A stretch of DNA of 51,906 bases, filler included, from Thelocarpon superellum (lineage: Eukaryota), in assembly GCA_026025795.1 (NCBI GenBank). It is 2 parts of 2 records of this genome, joined end to end, with 100 filler letters (N's around TTAATTAATTAA, not from the genome) between each part and the next. Parts side by side here need not be neighbours in the genome. Positions count along the whole stretch, not along the records: positions 1 to 25,939 come from JAPEUG010000261.1; positions 26,040 to 51,906 come from JAPEUG010000262.1. One strand, 5' to 3'. Each line of letters starts with the position of its first letter. Position 1 is the first letter of the stretch. A model generated the notes under the pieces. That model worked only from the letters and a program-made list of their open reading frames with translations. It had not been told where the DNA came from and searched no databases. Positions 22,894-34,240 of this stretch are shown piece after piece. A program made the position numbers and the translations under genes.

Positions 22894-25388
22894 ATGGGCA
22901 TTGACGAGCTTCCACGGGAGTATGACGACGATACGGAAGCGTCCAATGATCAGTCCGCCCTCGCCTCTCCCATTGACCTCCAGACGGAGAAGCCCAGACC
23001 TGGCCGGAGTGCCATCCATCCCGCCATCTTCATCGTGTGCGTCCCCAAATCTGTCTCCCTACCCAAGCAGAGACGCCAACCGGCCCATGAGAGGCACTGA
23101 CGCGGGAGGGACGTAGGATTTGGATTTTGCTCAGCTCCGGCGTCATCATCTACAATAAATGGATCTTGGATCGTTTCCGTAAGTGACCTGAACCATGCGC
23201 CTCGCTCTGATGCACTGGAAGACGGGCTGGCTAACGTGAGACAGGATTCCGTATGCTCCTGGAGTTGGGCATAGTCCATGGGCCCGTACTGATGAGTTCA
23301 CAGCCATTACGCTCACAACATGCCATCTTGCCTTTTCCACCCTCGCCACCCAGGTGCTGGCCAAGACGACGACGCTGCTCGATGGCCGAAAGCGCGTCAA
23401 GATGACCCGACGGGTCTTCTTCCGGGCCGTCCTGCCCATTGGTTTGTGCTTCAGCTTGAGCTTGGTCCTGAGCAATGAGACCTATCTCTACCTGAGCCTG
23501 GCTTTCATCCAGATGCTAAAGGTACTGTCGCCGCCCGACGCGCATCTCCCATGCCCTGACGGTGGATGGAATAGGCCGCCACCCCCGTCGCCGTGCTCTT
23601 CGCCACGTGGAGCCTCGGCCTCACTCAGCCGAACGTCAAGGTCCTAATGACCGTGACTGTCATCGTCATTGGCGTCATGATTTCGTCCTATGGCGAGATT
23701 CGATTCGTCCTGTTTGGCTTCCTCATTCAAAGTGGAGGCGTGGCGTTTGAAGCCATGCGGTTAGCGCTCATGCAATATCTGCTCAGCTCTGAGGAGTGCC
23801 AGATGGATCCTCTTGTCTCACTCTACTACTTTGCCCCCGTCTGCACCGCCTTCAACATTCTCTTCGGCTTGATCCGGGAGGCTCCGCATCTGCACCTCTC
23901 CGATGTGGCGCATGTGGGCTTCTTCGTCTTGCTCTCCAATGCTGCCTTGGCCTTTGCCCTGAACGTGGCGCAGGTCTTTGTGGTATGTGACGTCCGTGGC
24001 GCCAAGAGGATCGGGCTCTAACCTTTGGATAGATTGGGAAGACATCGTCCTTGGTGCTGTGTCTTTGCGGGATCCCGAAGGCGATCATGCTGGTCGTTGC
24101 TTCCATGCTCTTTTGGGGGACGCCCGTGACGCTCTTACAGCTCTTTGGATTCAGCATCGCCACCGCAGGCTTGGTGCATTATACGCGGCTAGGATCGCAG
24201 AAGTCGAACGGCAAGCCGACGAATACTTTGGACGATGACGACTGGGAGATGACAGTGTCGAAATTCGGGCTCTGGCGGCTTCGAAGTACGACGATTTGCC
24301 GGTCGATTGCCGTCATTGTGGGTGCTATCCTCATCTCAACGATGTTGTGGATTCGCAATCCCAACATGATGCAGCTTGGTCGCCCTCTGGCAGGGGGCAA
24401 TGGTCCGCGCCGGGCCTTTGCGACGCTCTTGACGGGCCAGGGCGACAATGATGATGACAACGACGATCCTTACTTTGTCGGCACCCGTGTCGTCGCGTAC
24501 CAGCTCCTCCACGCGGCGGAAACGCGGTCTTTGAGCGACATTTCCTTTCTCGTTCTCGTCACGGCCAAGGTTTCGGCAAGCAAATGCGACCGACTAGCTC
24601 GGGACGGAGCGACGATCGTGCCCGTGGAATCGGTTGACGCGCCGGAATGGGCGCGGCCGGGCAATGACAGGTGGTCTCAGGCGTATACGAAACTACGTCT
24701 CTTTGAGCTGGTGGAATTTGAGAAGATTGTCTATCTCGACTCGGACATGCTGTTGACCCGACCGCTGGACGGGATCATGGACGACGTCACAACAAACCCC
24801 ACGCGCACCTTGACGATGGCCAATCAGACCAAGCCCGAGGAAGCCGATTTACCATCCAGCTATCTCTTCGCCGGCAGTCCGGAGACCTACTCCACAGACC
24901 ACTCCTACCCACCGGACGACAGGGGCTATCTGAACGGTGGCTTCTTCGTCGTGGGCCCCTCCCTCGCCCTGTTCGATTATTACATTTCCCTCCTCTCCAA
25001 CCCCGGCACATTCGACGCGAGCTTTGCCGAGCAGAATCTGCTGAACTACGCGCATCGCCGCGAGGGCAACATGCCCTGGACGCGTCTCTCACCGGAATGG
25101 AACATCAACTTTGCCACAATGAAGGACCTCGAGCGCGGTGTGGCGAGCCTGCACGATAAATTCTGGACGCCATTGGATGCCGAGCTGGGCAACCTGTGGT
25201 TCAAGATCCGTTGGGAGATGGAAGGCTTTTATCAGGCCCTGGAAGAGGGTGGCGCTGCTGCTGGTGATGGTGCTGGCGAGGTCGAGGGCGGTGACCCGGG
25301 CTTGTCTTTCATCGCGGGTGAGCTGGGCCCAGAGGGGGACTCACCTGCCTCACCGCCCATCCTTCCGCCTGCTCCTCCCTCGCCTTAA
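22894..25388 (+). CDS. Nucleotide-sugar transporter (TPT family, GlfB/UgtA-like) fused to a C-terminal GT8 glycosyltransferase domain
   Basis: Spliced transporter: HPAIFIV-IWILLSSGVIIYNKWIL-FRFPITLTTCHLAF, 'TTTLLDGRKRVKMT', 'YLYLSLAFIQMLKAATPVAVL', 'MDPLVSLYYFAPVC', 'IGKTSSLVLCLCGIPK'. The last exon continues without a stop through an extra TM helix into GT8 motifs 'AFATLL...YFVGTRVVAYQLLH', 'KLRLFELVEFEKIVYLDSDMLL', 'YLNGGFFV', 'FAEQNLLNY', 'SLHDKFW'. Confidence 0.85.
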
Positions 25389-25822
25389 ACTAGACGTGGC
25401 CGTTTTGCTCTCCATCCTCATCCTCATCCTCACATTCTCTCCTCTCTTTCATTCTTATGCTTTCCTACCCTTACAGCATCCATCCACGCCCACGATACGA
25501 AACACTTGACGTGCCCATCATCACCACTTCCTGCACAAGTCATCAACGCCTACATGCATCGCTCGATAGATCGAGGAGGACGGGGTAAGATACAACGATA
25601 GGAGATCTACCGAGCGGGCGGGCAGGGAGGTAGGGGGCCGGGTCGGGTCGGTGATGGCGATGGCAGTGTTTTATCGTCTGGTACTTGGATGGGTTTGATC
25701 AACGATGCATAGATAGACAAGTAGACATGTACCTGGACAGCGGGTGAAACACAGGAATATACGACAGATGTATCACGAGCACTTGCACCTTTCACTTACG
25801 TAACTCTCATATTAACAGTCTT

Positions 25823-25857
25823 CACCACGAGACTGAACACACCACGAGACTGAACAC
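25823..25857. repeat. 17-bp tandem direct repeat (CACCACGAGACTGAACA x2) in the AT-rich contig end
   Basis: Read directly from the sequence. Confidence 0.8.
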
Positions 25858-25939
25858 TTTCTGTAAACCTTATTTCCCCCACCACTTTCTATCAACAACA
25901 CCTTGTATATATTCTTGAATAATTCAACCACCACATATG

Positions 25940-26039
25940 NNNNNNNNNNNNNNNNNNNNNNNNNNNNNNNNNNNNNNNNNNNNTTAATTAATTAANNNNN
26001 NNNNNNNNNNNNNNNNNNNNNNNNNNNNNNNNNNNNNNN
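25940..26039. other. Artificial contig-joining spacer N44-TTAATTAATTAA-N44
   Basis: Symmetric N runs flank TTAATTAATTAA (25984-25995), which has stops in all six frames. This is a typical concatenation linker. Confidence 0.95.
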
Positions 26040-27093
26040 GAAGATGTCTTCTCGCCTCCTACGAATCGAGGCGAACGAGGATCCAATCCGATCCATCAGG
26101 CTCACTCGCCGTCGAGTGTGGCCGACCCGGCCACCGTAGAAACAAGGAACAGGGTGCGAGTGGCGTGCCGTAACCTGTCTCTGGCCACGGTCGGCGACAT
26201 GGCGCAAGCCGACGGTTCCAATTCCAGCATGCCATTGGCCACGGCCATTGGCCCTTGGTATGCCTCCCAGCTCCGGTTGCATGCCAGAGGCTCTACGGCG
26301 ACCCGATCGTCCAGGGGCTCTCGTCGCTACCGGTCGGTACCTGCGCAGTCGGAATCGCGACTGAAACGAGTGGCCGACGCCGCGCACATGATCGACCTGT
26401 GGAGTGCATGATGGCACGGTCCGCCTCCCCGCCGGCACGGGCACGGGAGGAACATGTTTCGTCGATGAAGAGGCGGAGTCTTCATCGTCCGACGCCATGT
26501 ACGACGAAAGCTAGGACGTACTTGTACTTGTAGTTGTCGACTCTGAGCAAGCCGACCCACGGACGCCGGAGGATTAGAGCTGAAGCGAGCGGGACGGGGC
26601 GGCCGAGCTAGAGGGACAGAGGCACGAGAGGTCACTGCGCCGTACCCTGGTAATCTGGCCTGAACGCGCGGTGGTGGCAGCTGCAGTACGGAGTACACGT
26701 ACGTCGTACGTTACAGCACTCGGACTCGTCCTGCGACTGGCTGGTGCGACTGGCTGGCGCGCTGGGACGCTGGGACGCTGGGACGCTGGAATTGCGTGGT
26801 TGACCAAAATTGTCCCAATCTGCAAGGACCACGTCCTCCTCGTCCGCGTCTTCGTCCTCCGCCCTCTGCTGACCCCTCTTTCCTCCCCCTTGCCAACCAC
26901 CCCTCCCTCCGCTCACTCGACCCCACGCTCGTTGTATTCCACGGGGACGTCGTTCGCGGATCTTCTCGCCCTTGTCACCGTTGTTCGAATTACCTCTCCC
27001 CTGGGTCCGCAGGGTTGTCGACGACGGCCGTGCTGACGTGACACCATCCACTCCTCTGCGCGGACCATCCCGGTCGTGCAGAGTCTTTGCAGC

Positions 27094-30000
27094 ATGGCGC
27101 CCAAAGGTGCCAGTCGCTCCGACGATGAGCAGGCCCAGATGGTGCCCAAGTCGCGTCGGCATGCGTCGCCGACCAAGGCCGCGCCGACGGGATACACGTC
27201 GGAGGGCGTGACGGATCATGACATCTTCGCCCTACCCGGGTCCGATTACCAGATGATGGCCGTCCTGACCCTGCTGGCCACGGTGGTGCGCCTCTTCCGC
27301 ATCTACCAGCCGACCAGCGTGGTGTTCGACGAGGTGCACTTTGGCGGGTTCGCGTCGAAGTACATCAAGGGCCGCTTCTTCATGGACGTGCATCCGCCCT
27401 TGGCCAAGCTCATGCTGACCCTGGCGGGCTTTCTGGCGGGCTTCGACGGCGACTTCGACTTCAAGGAGATTGGCAAGGACTACATCGAGCCGGGCGTGCC
27501 GTACGTCGCGATGCGCCTGTTGCCCGCGATCTGCGGCATCCTGACCGTGCCCACCATCTTCCTGACGCTCAAGGCCTACGGCTGTCGCACCACCACCGCC
27601 TCGCTGGGCGCGGGCATGATCATCTTCGGTATGGCCCGAGCCTCTCGCGCGGTCGATCCCTGCCATGGCGCCCTCGCTAACCGGCCTGGTAGAAAACGGC
27701 CTCCTCACCCAATCGCGCTTGATCCTGCTCGATTCGCCCTTGATCATCTTCACCGCGCTCACGGCGCTCTCGTGGGTCTGCTTCACCAATCAGCACGAGC
27801 AGGGGCCGCAGAGGGCCTTTGACGCCAACTGGTGGTTCTGGCTGGCGGCCACGGGCCTCGGGCTGGGCGCGACGGTCAGCGTCAAGTGGGTGGGCCTGTT
27901 CACGATCGCGTGGGTGGGCAGCCTGACGGTGCTCCAACTCTGGGTGCTCCTCGGGGACACGCAGACGGTGACGCCGGTACGTGCTCTCGTGGTCCAGGTT
28001 CCTGGCGGGATGCGCGGGCGCTAACGCGGGCTGGACAGCGGATCTGGTTCAAGCACTTCTTTGCGCGGGTCTTCTGCCTGATCATCATCCCCGTCGGCTT
28101 CTACATGGCCATGTTCGCCATCCACTTCCTGTGCCTCGTCAACCCCGGCGACGGCGACGGCTTCATGTCGTCGGAGTTCCAGGCCACGCTCAACTCCAAG
28201 GGCATGCACGACGTCCCCGCGGACGTGGTGATGGGCAGCCGGGTGTCGATGCGGCACCACAACACGCAGGGCGGCTACCTGCACTCGCACAACTCCATGT
28301 ACCCGACGGGCAGCAAGCAGCAGCAGATCACGCTGTATCCGCACAAGGACGACAACAACGTGTGGATCCTCGAGAACCAGACGCAGCCCGAGGGCCTGAC
28401 GGGGCCGATCTTGGGCCCCATGGCGTGGGACGCGTTCAAGCCGCTGACGTTCGTCGAGAACGGGGCGATCGTGAAGCTCTACCACCTGCCGACGCACCGC
28501 CGGCTGCACTCGCACGACGTGCGCGCGCCCGTGACGGAGGCCGAGTGGCAGAACGAGGTGACGGCGTACGGGTACGAGGGCTTCGAGGGGGACGCCAACG
28601 ACCTGTTCCGCGTGGAGATTGTCAAGTCGCTGTCGGACGGCACGGTGGCCAAGGAGCGCCTGCGCACGATCGAGAGCAAGTTCAAGCTGGTGCACGTCCT
28701 GTCGGGCTGCGTGCTCTTCTCGCACAAGGTCAAGCTGCCGGAGTGGGGCTTCGAGCAGCAGGAGGTGACGTGCGCCAAGGGCGGGACGCTGCCCAACAGC
28801 GTGTGGTACATTGAGGCCAACGAGCACCCGCAGCTGGGCCCGGACGCGGAGATTGTCAACTACCGCAACCCGGGCTTCCTGGGCAAGTTCTGGGAGCTGC
28901 AGCAGGTCATGTGGCGCACCAACGCGGGCCTGGTCGAGTCGCACGCGTGGGATTCGCGGCCGCCGTCGTGGCCCGTGTTGCAGCGCGGCATCAACTTCTG
29001 GGGTCGCGAGAACCGGCAGATCTACCTGATGGGCAACCCGATCGTGTGGTGGTCGTCGACCGCGGCCATTGCCATCTTCGTCCTCTTCAAGGCGCTGGCC
29101 GTCCTGCGATGGCAGCGCGGCTGCGGCGACTACGCCCAGCTCACCTTCCGCCGCTTCGACTATGAGATGGGCACGTCCGTGCTGGGCTGGGCCCTGCACT
29201 ACTTCCCCTTCTACCTCATGCAGCGCCAGCTCTTCCTGCACCACTACTTCCCCGCCCTGTACTTTGCCGTGCTGGCGCTGTGCCAGCTGTACGACTTCAC
29301 CACGGCGCGCATCACCACGCTGGGACTGCGGCAGCGGCCGGTGGTGGGGCAGTCCATGGCCGTGGCCTTCTTGGCGCTCGTCGTGGTGGCGTTTGGCGTG
29401 TACGCGCCGCTGGCGTATGGCAACCCGTGGACGAAGACGCTGTGCCAACAGTCCAAGGTGCTCTCGAGCTGGGACTTTGACTGCAACCTGTTCCACGACG
29501 AGGTGAGTGGAGATGGCGCGGTGGGCAACGGGATAGCAGCGCAACGCTAACGAGGCGACAGTTTTCGCAATACGGCGTCGTCTCCCCCTCCGTCACCAAC
29601 GCGGCACCAACGACCGCGCCCGCGGTGGCCGCAGGCGGGGTAGAGCAGGCGCAGAAGGTGCTACAGGAGCTCCAAGACCTGCAGGAGCCCAAAGCCGTGA
29701 CGGCGCAAGCACAGGCGCCGTCGATGGCGCCAGGAGGGCAGATCGTCAGCCGGGAGGAGCGGATCGAGTACCGCGACCAGAACGGCAACCTGCTGGACGA
29801 GGCACAGGTGGAGGCGCTGAAGGCGGAGTCGGGCGCGGCGCTGTCGTTCTCGACGCGCTACGAGACGCGGACGCGGGTGATCGATGCGGCGGGCAACGAG
29901 ATTGCCATCATGGACGGCGGAGGCGAAGGCGAGGGCGTCGCGCCGCCGCATCCCGACGTCGACGGCCGCAACCCCGAAACGCCCAAGGCCGCCGGCGACG

Positions 30001-30134
30001 CGGGTGAGGCGCGCCACCAGCCCGCCACGGCCGACGCCAAGGGCGACGTCGGCAAGGAAGCGCAGCTGGAGCGCGACAGCCCGGCGGCCGGCGCGCCCAA
30101 GCCCGCCAGCGAGGGCAACGAGGCGACCAGGTAG
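27094..30134 (+). CDS. PMT1: Dolichyl-phosphate-mannose:protein O-mannosyltransferase, PMT1 subfamily, 4 exons
   Basis: 'VVFDEVHFGGFASKY...FFMDVHPPLAK' (the GGF variant is PMT1-type); MIR repeats 'GGYLHSH...QQITLYPHKDDNN' and 'RRLHSHDVRAPV'; 'RQLFLHHYFPALYF'; Pezizomycotina-type tail 'REERIEYRDQNGNLL...TRYETRTRVIDAAGNE'. Three GT-AG introns. Confidence 0.93.
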
Positions 30135-30622
30135 GGCGGCCATGCCTCTTCTTCTCTGTGCCGTCCCCGGTGCCGCGGGATCATTCTTCCACGTGTATTC
30201 TAGACTTGGGGAACGTAATGAGACTTTTTTTCTCTTCTTCGTGGAATCGGCTGGCCTTGGGTCGACAGGGATCTGTGGCAGAGGGTCAGCCAGCTGGTCA
30301 GCTCAACTCCCTGTGAGCCGTCTACGTTACTCTCTGCCCTCGTTCTCAAGGTACTGATGATGCGATTCATTTTGGTACTCCTTGACCTATTGGTCCTAGA
30401 TGTCATGTCTGTTTACTGTCTTGATGATTTTGTTGAGATGAGCAAGTGAATGAGAGTCGAGAAGTGAAGTGAAGCGGGTATGTTGGTGGAAGACAAGTTG
30501 GACAAGGAGAAGATAGATGTGGTCGAAGAAGACAAGAAACAAATGTTCGTTCATGAGTCGGCCGTGACGCTGGGTCCAGAAGCGCCACCTTGAAAGCGCG
30601 AGGCAGGTTGGTGAGGCACTCC

Positions 30623-32909
30623 TCACAAGCCCGAATCAATTTCGTCGACGACGTTGTGATGCGAGTATGCGTGCCAATCGGTGCAAGTCTGGGCCAGGAC
30701 CTGGGGGATCTGCATCTGGCGGACATCGTTGGGTTTTTGCTGTCCCCGAGTCAGCGTCGTCCGTGTGCCATCGCCCCCCTGCGGAGAGATGCTCACCATC
30801 ACGTTCACGTAGAGGCCACCCGACACGTGCCACGCAATATGACAATGCAGCGGCCACACGCCCGGGTTGTCCGACACCAGTTGGATCACCAGGTAGCCAT
30901 TCCCCGGCAAGAGCTGGACGTCACGTCGTTGGGGGTTGTTCGCGTGGGCCACCGTGCCATCCCATTCTCCCACGCCGACGTCAAGCACGAACATGTTCTG
31001 TCCGTGAAGATGGATCGGGTGCGCCACGGGGAACTGGTTGTTGAGGATGATGCGAATCGTTTGGTTGTCACCTGGAGCGGTCAGGATGGTCCGTCGTTTG
31101 GTGCATCGGACGACCTACCAAAGTCATAGACGTTCCACTCCGGATCCAGTGGATAGGACTCGTTGCCCTCCGAGGCAAGCAGCAAGAGCGGGTTATCATA
31201 GTTGGCCCGGAAGGTTTGGTTGTTCATCAGCCAGACGAACGAGCCCGTGGCGTTGACCGTGGCCGTGATGTTAATGACCTGAGTGAATTCAGGCGTCGGG
31301 GTGGGCGTGATCGGGAAGAAGGGCACGGTGTCATTCAGCGGGTCCTGTGCAGTCTTAGCACGAATACGTCCTCATCGGACCATGGGAGAACATACGTTCT
31401 GGCACGGGTCGCTGGTATCGGTGACGGGCACACTGTTGGTGGGTCGGGCATTCTTCTTGGCCTTCTCATAGTGGACGATGGCTAAGGCGTTGGGTTGGAC
31501 GCTGCTGCTGCACGAGGAGATGTTGGATCGCATCCAGTAGGTGTCCTTGGGCTTTCCGGTGGCCTTGACGATGACATCGGTGCGTTGACCAATCTAGGAC
31601 GGGTCAGTCACCCCACCCCGAACGAAGACACCGGACGGGACCGCGTACCCCTAGCGTCACCACGTTCGTCTCATACGGTTGAATGGGGACAAAGTCGTTG
31701 GCCATGACGGTCATGGTATGGTTGTCGATGCTAAACTTTTGAATGCCCTCGGCGCCGGAATTGATCAGCCGAAGACGGTGCGTCTTGCCCGACTGGAACT
31801 TGAAGGTGGAGAGGCCGGCGTTGTTGTGGCAGGGCGTGCCGTCCGTGACCAAGGAGCAGTTGAAGTCCATCTTGCCGTTGATCAGATTGTTGTCCGAAAA
31901 GGGCACGATTTTGGTCAGGTCGGTGCCGACGACATCCTCGACCAGGGTAAAGTAAGGGGTGTGGTAGTAGTCGCTGATGAACACCGGGCCCAGGTCGATG
32001 TCGTACGGCACGTTCTGCGGTCCGTGGATGATCATCGGGCCGTGCAGACCGCCGGCATACTGGGCCGAGTAGTGCGAGTGCCACCACGACGTGCCGTACA
32101 GGTCGGCCTGGAAGCTATAGGTGAAGCTCTTCCCGGGCGCGATCGGGCACTGCTGTACCGACGGCACGCCATCATACCACGGCGTGGTCTTTTGCAGCAG
32201 ACTGCAGCGGCGTTAGCGCGGTGACCCACACCAGGGCAGGCTCGTCGTCTCATACCCATGCCTGTTGGAGCAGATCAGCATGCGTCCCGATGGGTCGGAG
32301 ACGGCGCTACGTACCAATGAATCGCCGTCCCCTCCTCGGGGCCGCTGATTTGGTTGTGAACGGTCACTTGGATGGTGTCGCCCCAATTGGCTTCAATCGT
32401 GGGCTGCATCGGGGTCAGTCAGGGAGCCCAGGTACACTGACACGGGCCAACATGAGCATCGGTTGCCTACCCCGGGATATTGCCCGTTCACCACCAGGGC
32501 ATCCTTCTGATAGCCATCCGGTGCGATGACCTGGCGATGGACGGTGAAGTCGTAGTAACGAATGACGCCCGTCTTGGGAGCGCCCGTATACAGATTGGTC
32601 CCGGCCGCGGAGCGGTTGCCCCACGGAAATCCGTCCGGTAGCGGCTGTGCACCAAGTTCAGCAGAGGTCGGAGGTCCGAGTCACCTCGCCCGGCACCTAC
32701 ATTGCTGGTCAAGAAGGCGCTGAGCACCGGCGCTTGATCGGTACCGAGCACCGACGCGCCTAGCACGGCGACGTTAGCATCCGGGCGGTATACGTGGACG
32801 CCACGGCTTCCGTGGTAGCCCGGCACATACCATTGGTAGCATTTTGGGAGAGGCTGGCATTAAGGCTCAGGGCCCCGGTGACCAGGCTCGTGACCAGCGT
32901 GCCGGCCAT
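30623..32909 (-). CDS. Laccase / multicopper oxidase (ascomycete type), 10 exons
   Basis: All four Cu motifs are present: HWHG (split across a 6-nt micro-exon), WWHSH, HPIHLHG and [12 protein letters not shown] (Leu axial position). Also 'PTIEANWGD', 'NNLINGKM', '[11 protein letters not shown]' and the C-terminal DSGL plug. Start [22 protein letters not shown]. Confidence 0.93.
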
Positions 32910-33033
32910 GACGAATCAAGACAGACGGGACAGAAGAATGAGTGTGGGTGCAGATGGAAACGAACGACTTCCAAACATCCGCAATGGCCGGATGGGTCAA
33001 TAATGCGGGCATTTGAGGGAGATTCCCCCCGAC

Positions 33034-33039
33034 TTTATA
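33034..33039 (-). promoter_or_regulatory. Candidate TATA box of the laccase gene
   Basis: TATAAA on the minus strand, 125-130 nt upstream of the laccase ATG in otherwise GC-rich DNA. Confidence 0.5.
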
Positions 33040-34202
33040 GACGCAGAGGATGATCAGGCTCCAACGGAGATGAGCGGCCATCAGCGTGCCTTGGGCATGG
33101 GCGTGGAAGAGCGCCATGGCGGGCAGCGAATCGCGGCCAGCAGAGCTCGTGGGAGCTCAGGAGAGGTCAGAAACGGACAAGAGAGGTTAGCAGGCGCCTG
33201 GCAGGGGGGGAGGTGGGGAGGCGGCGCAGGCGTTCTTGGCGTCAGAGTGATCATCACGGTAAGAGCGCGGGCGCCAGGATGATTGTGGATGTGATCGGAG
33301 CGACCACCGAACACGCGACAATCCGCATGTGGTGGAGCTGCGCGGATGCCGCACCGCCGATGGGACGACGCGGTACCTGGTCTTGGTACCGTAGGGCAGG
33401 GAGAGTAGGGAGGACAGGGAGGCCGACGGCTCGACGGATGGCGGGCGGCGGATGGCGGATGGCGGAGGGCGGTGGCACCGGCTGAAACGTGGGATCTAGA
33501 AAGTTTCTCGTTTTCTAGCGCTTGAACGGCCGCCTCCCCGTCTTCCACTTCCACTTCCACTTCCACTAAAAGACCACCACCACTTGCTCGTCAATACTGA
33601 TGGCACGGCTGGCGCGGGGAGAGCGAGAGGACCAGCTCCGTCGCTCTGCAGGCGAAGATCGCTTCGGTCGCGTGCCCGTCCCCTCGGAGGCCCGCCCGAC
33701 TCCCAGGCCGCCAGGCAGCCCGTGGTCTCACGTGGGGCGGCAGGCGAGCCGCGCGCAATGCCGCTCTGGAAAAGCCCAGGCTAGGGCAACTGCAGGTACG
33801 AAGGACCAAGGACGTCCTCGTAGCCCTACTCCCTACAAGTACGTAACCCCCCGGGGTCTTGGACGCGACGGGGCTCGCTCATTGGACGGCTCGGTCGCTT
33901 GTCAGGCGTCGCTGCTATTTCGGCCTCTGGCTCAAGCGAGCGTCGTGGACGAATGGCGACACAGGGCAACGACCTGCAAGCCACCTCCACGGTCATGCCG
34001 TGTCAGCAATGCCTCGCCCATCATCTTACTTAATTGTTTGTCCCGCCGCGACCGGCAGGGCAGGGATCAACCGCCTATCGGGCCTACATCGATGCCTGCG
34101 CACATCAGCGGGACTGGCGAGAGTTTGCTTGGCAGCCACTTTCCATTGTGCAAATCTTGCTAGCCGCAAGATCTACCGGACCATGGACGTGTTGGGGGGG
34201 TT

Positions 34203-34240
34203 ATTGGATTGGATGGGATTGGATTGGACTGGATTGGATT
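34203..34240. repeat. (ATTGG)n pentamer repeat (CCAAT array on the minus strand)
   Basis: attggattggatgggattggattggactggattggatt. Confidence 0.8.

Noticed and set aside
28021..29544. 507-aa antisense ORF over PMT1 (and similar shadows over DOA4, VPS27, MET3 and Arb2)
   Set aside because: These are expected from strong GC3 codon bias in the sense gene and contain no recognisable motifs.
19246..30134. Three-gene glycosylation cluster including PMT1
   Set aside because: PMT1 lies across the artificial N-TTAATTAATTAA-N linker, so its adjacency to the GT34 and transporter-GT8 genes is unsupported.
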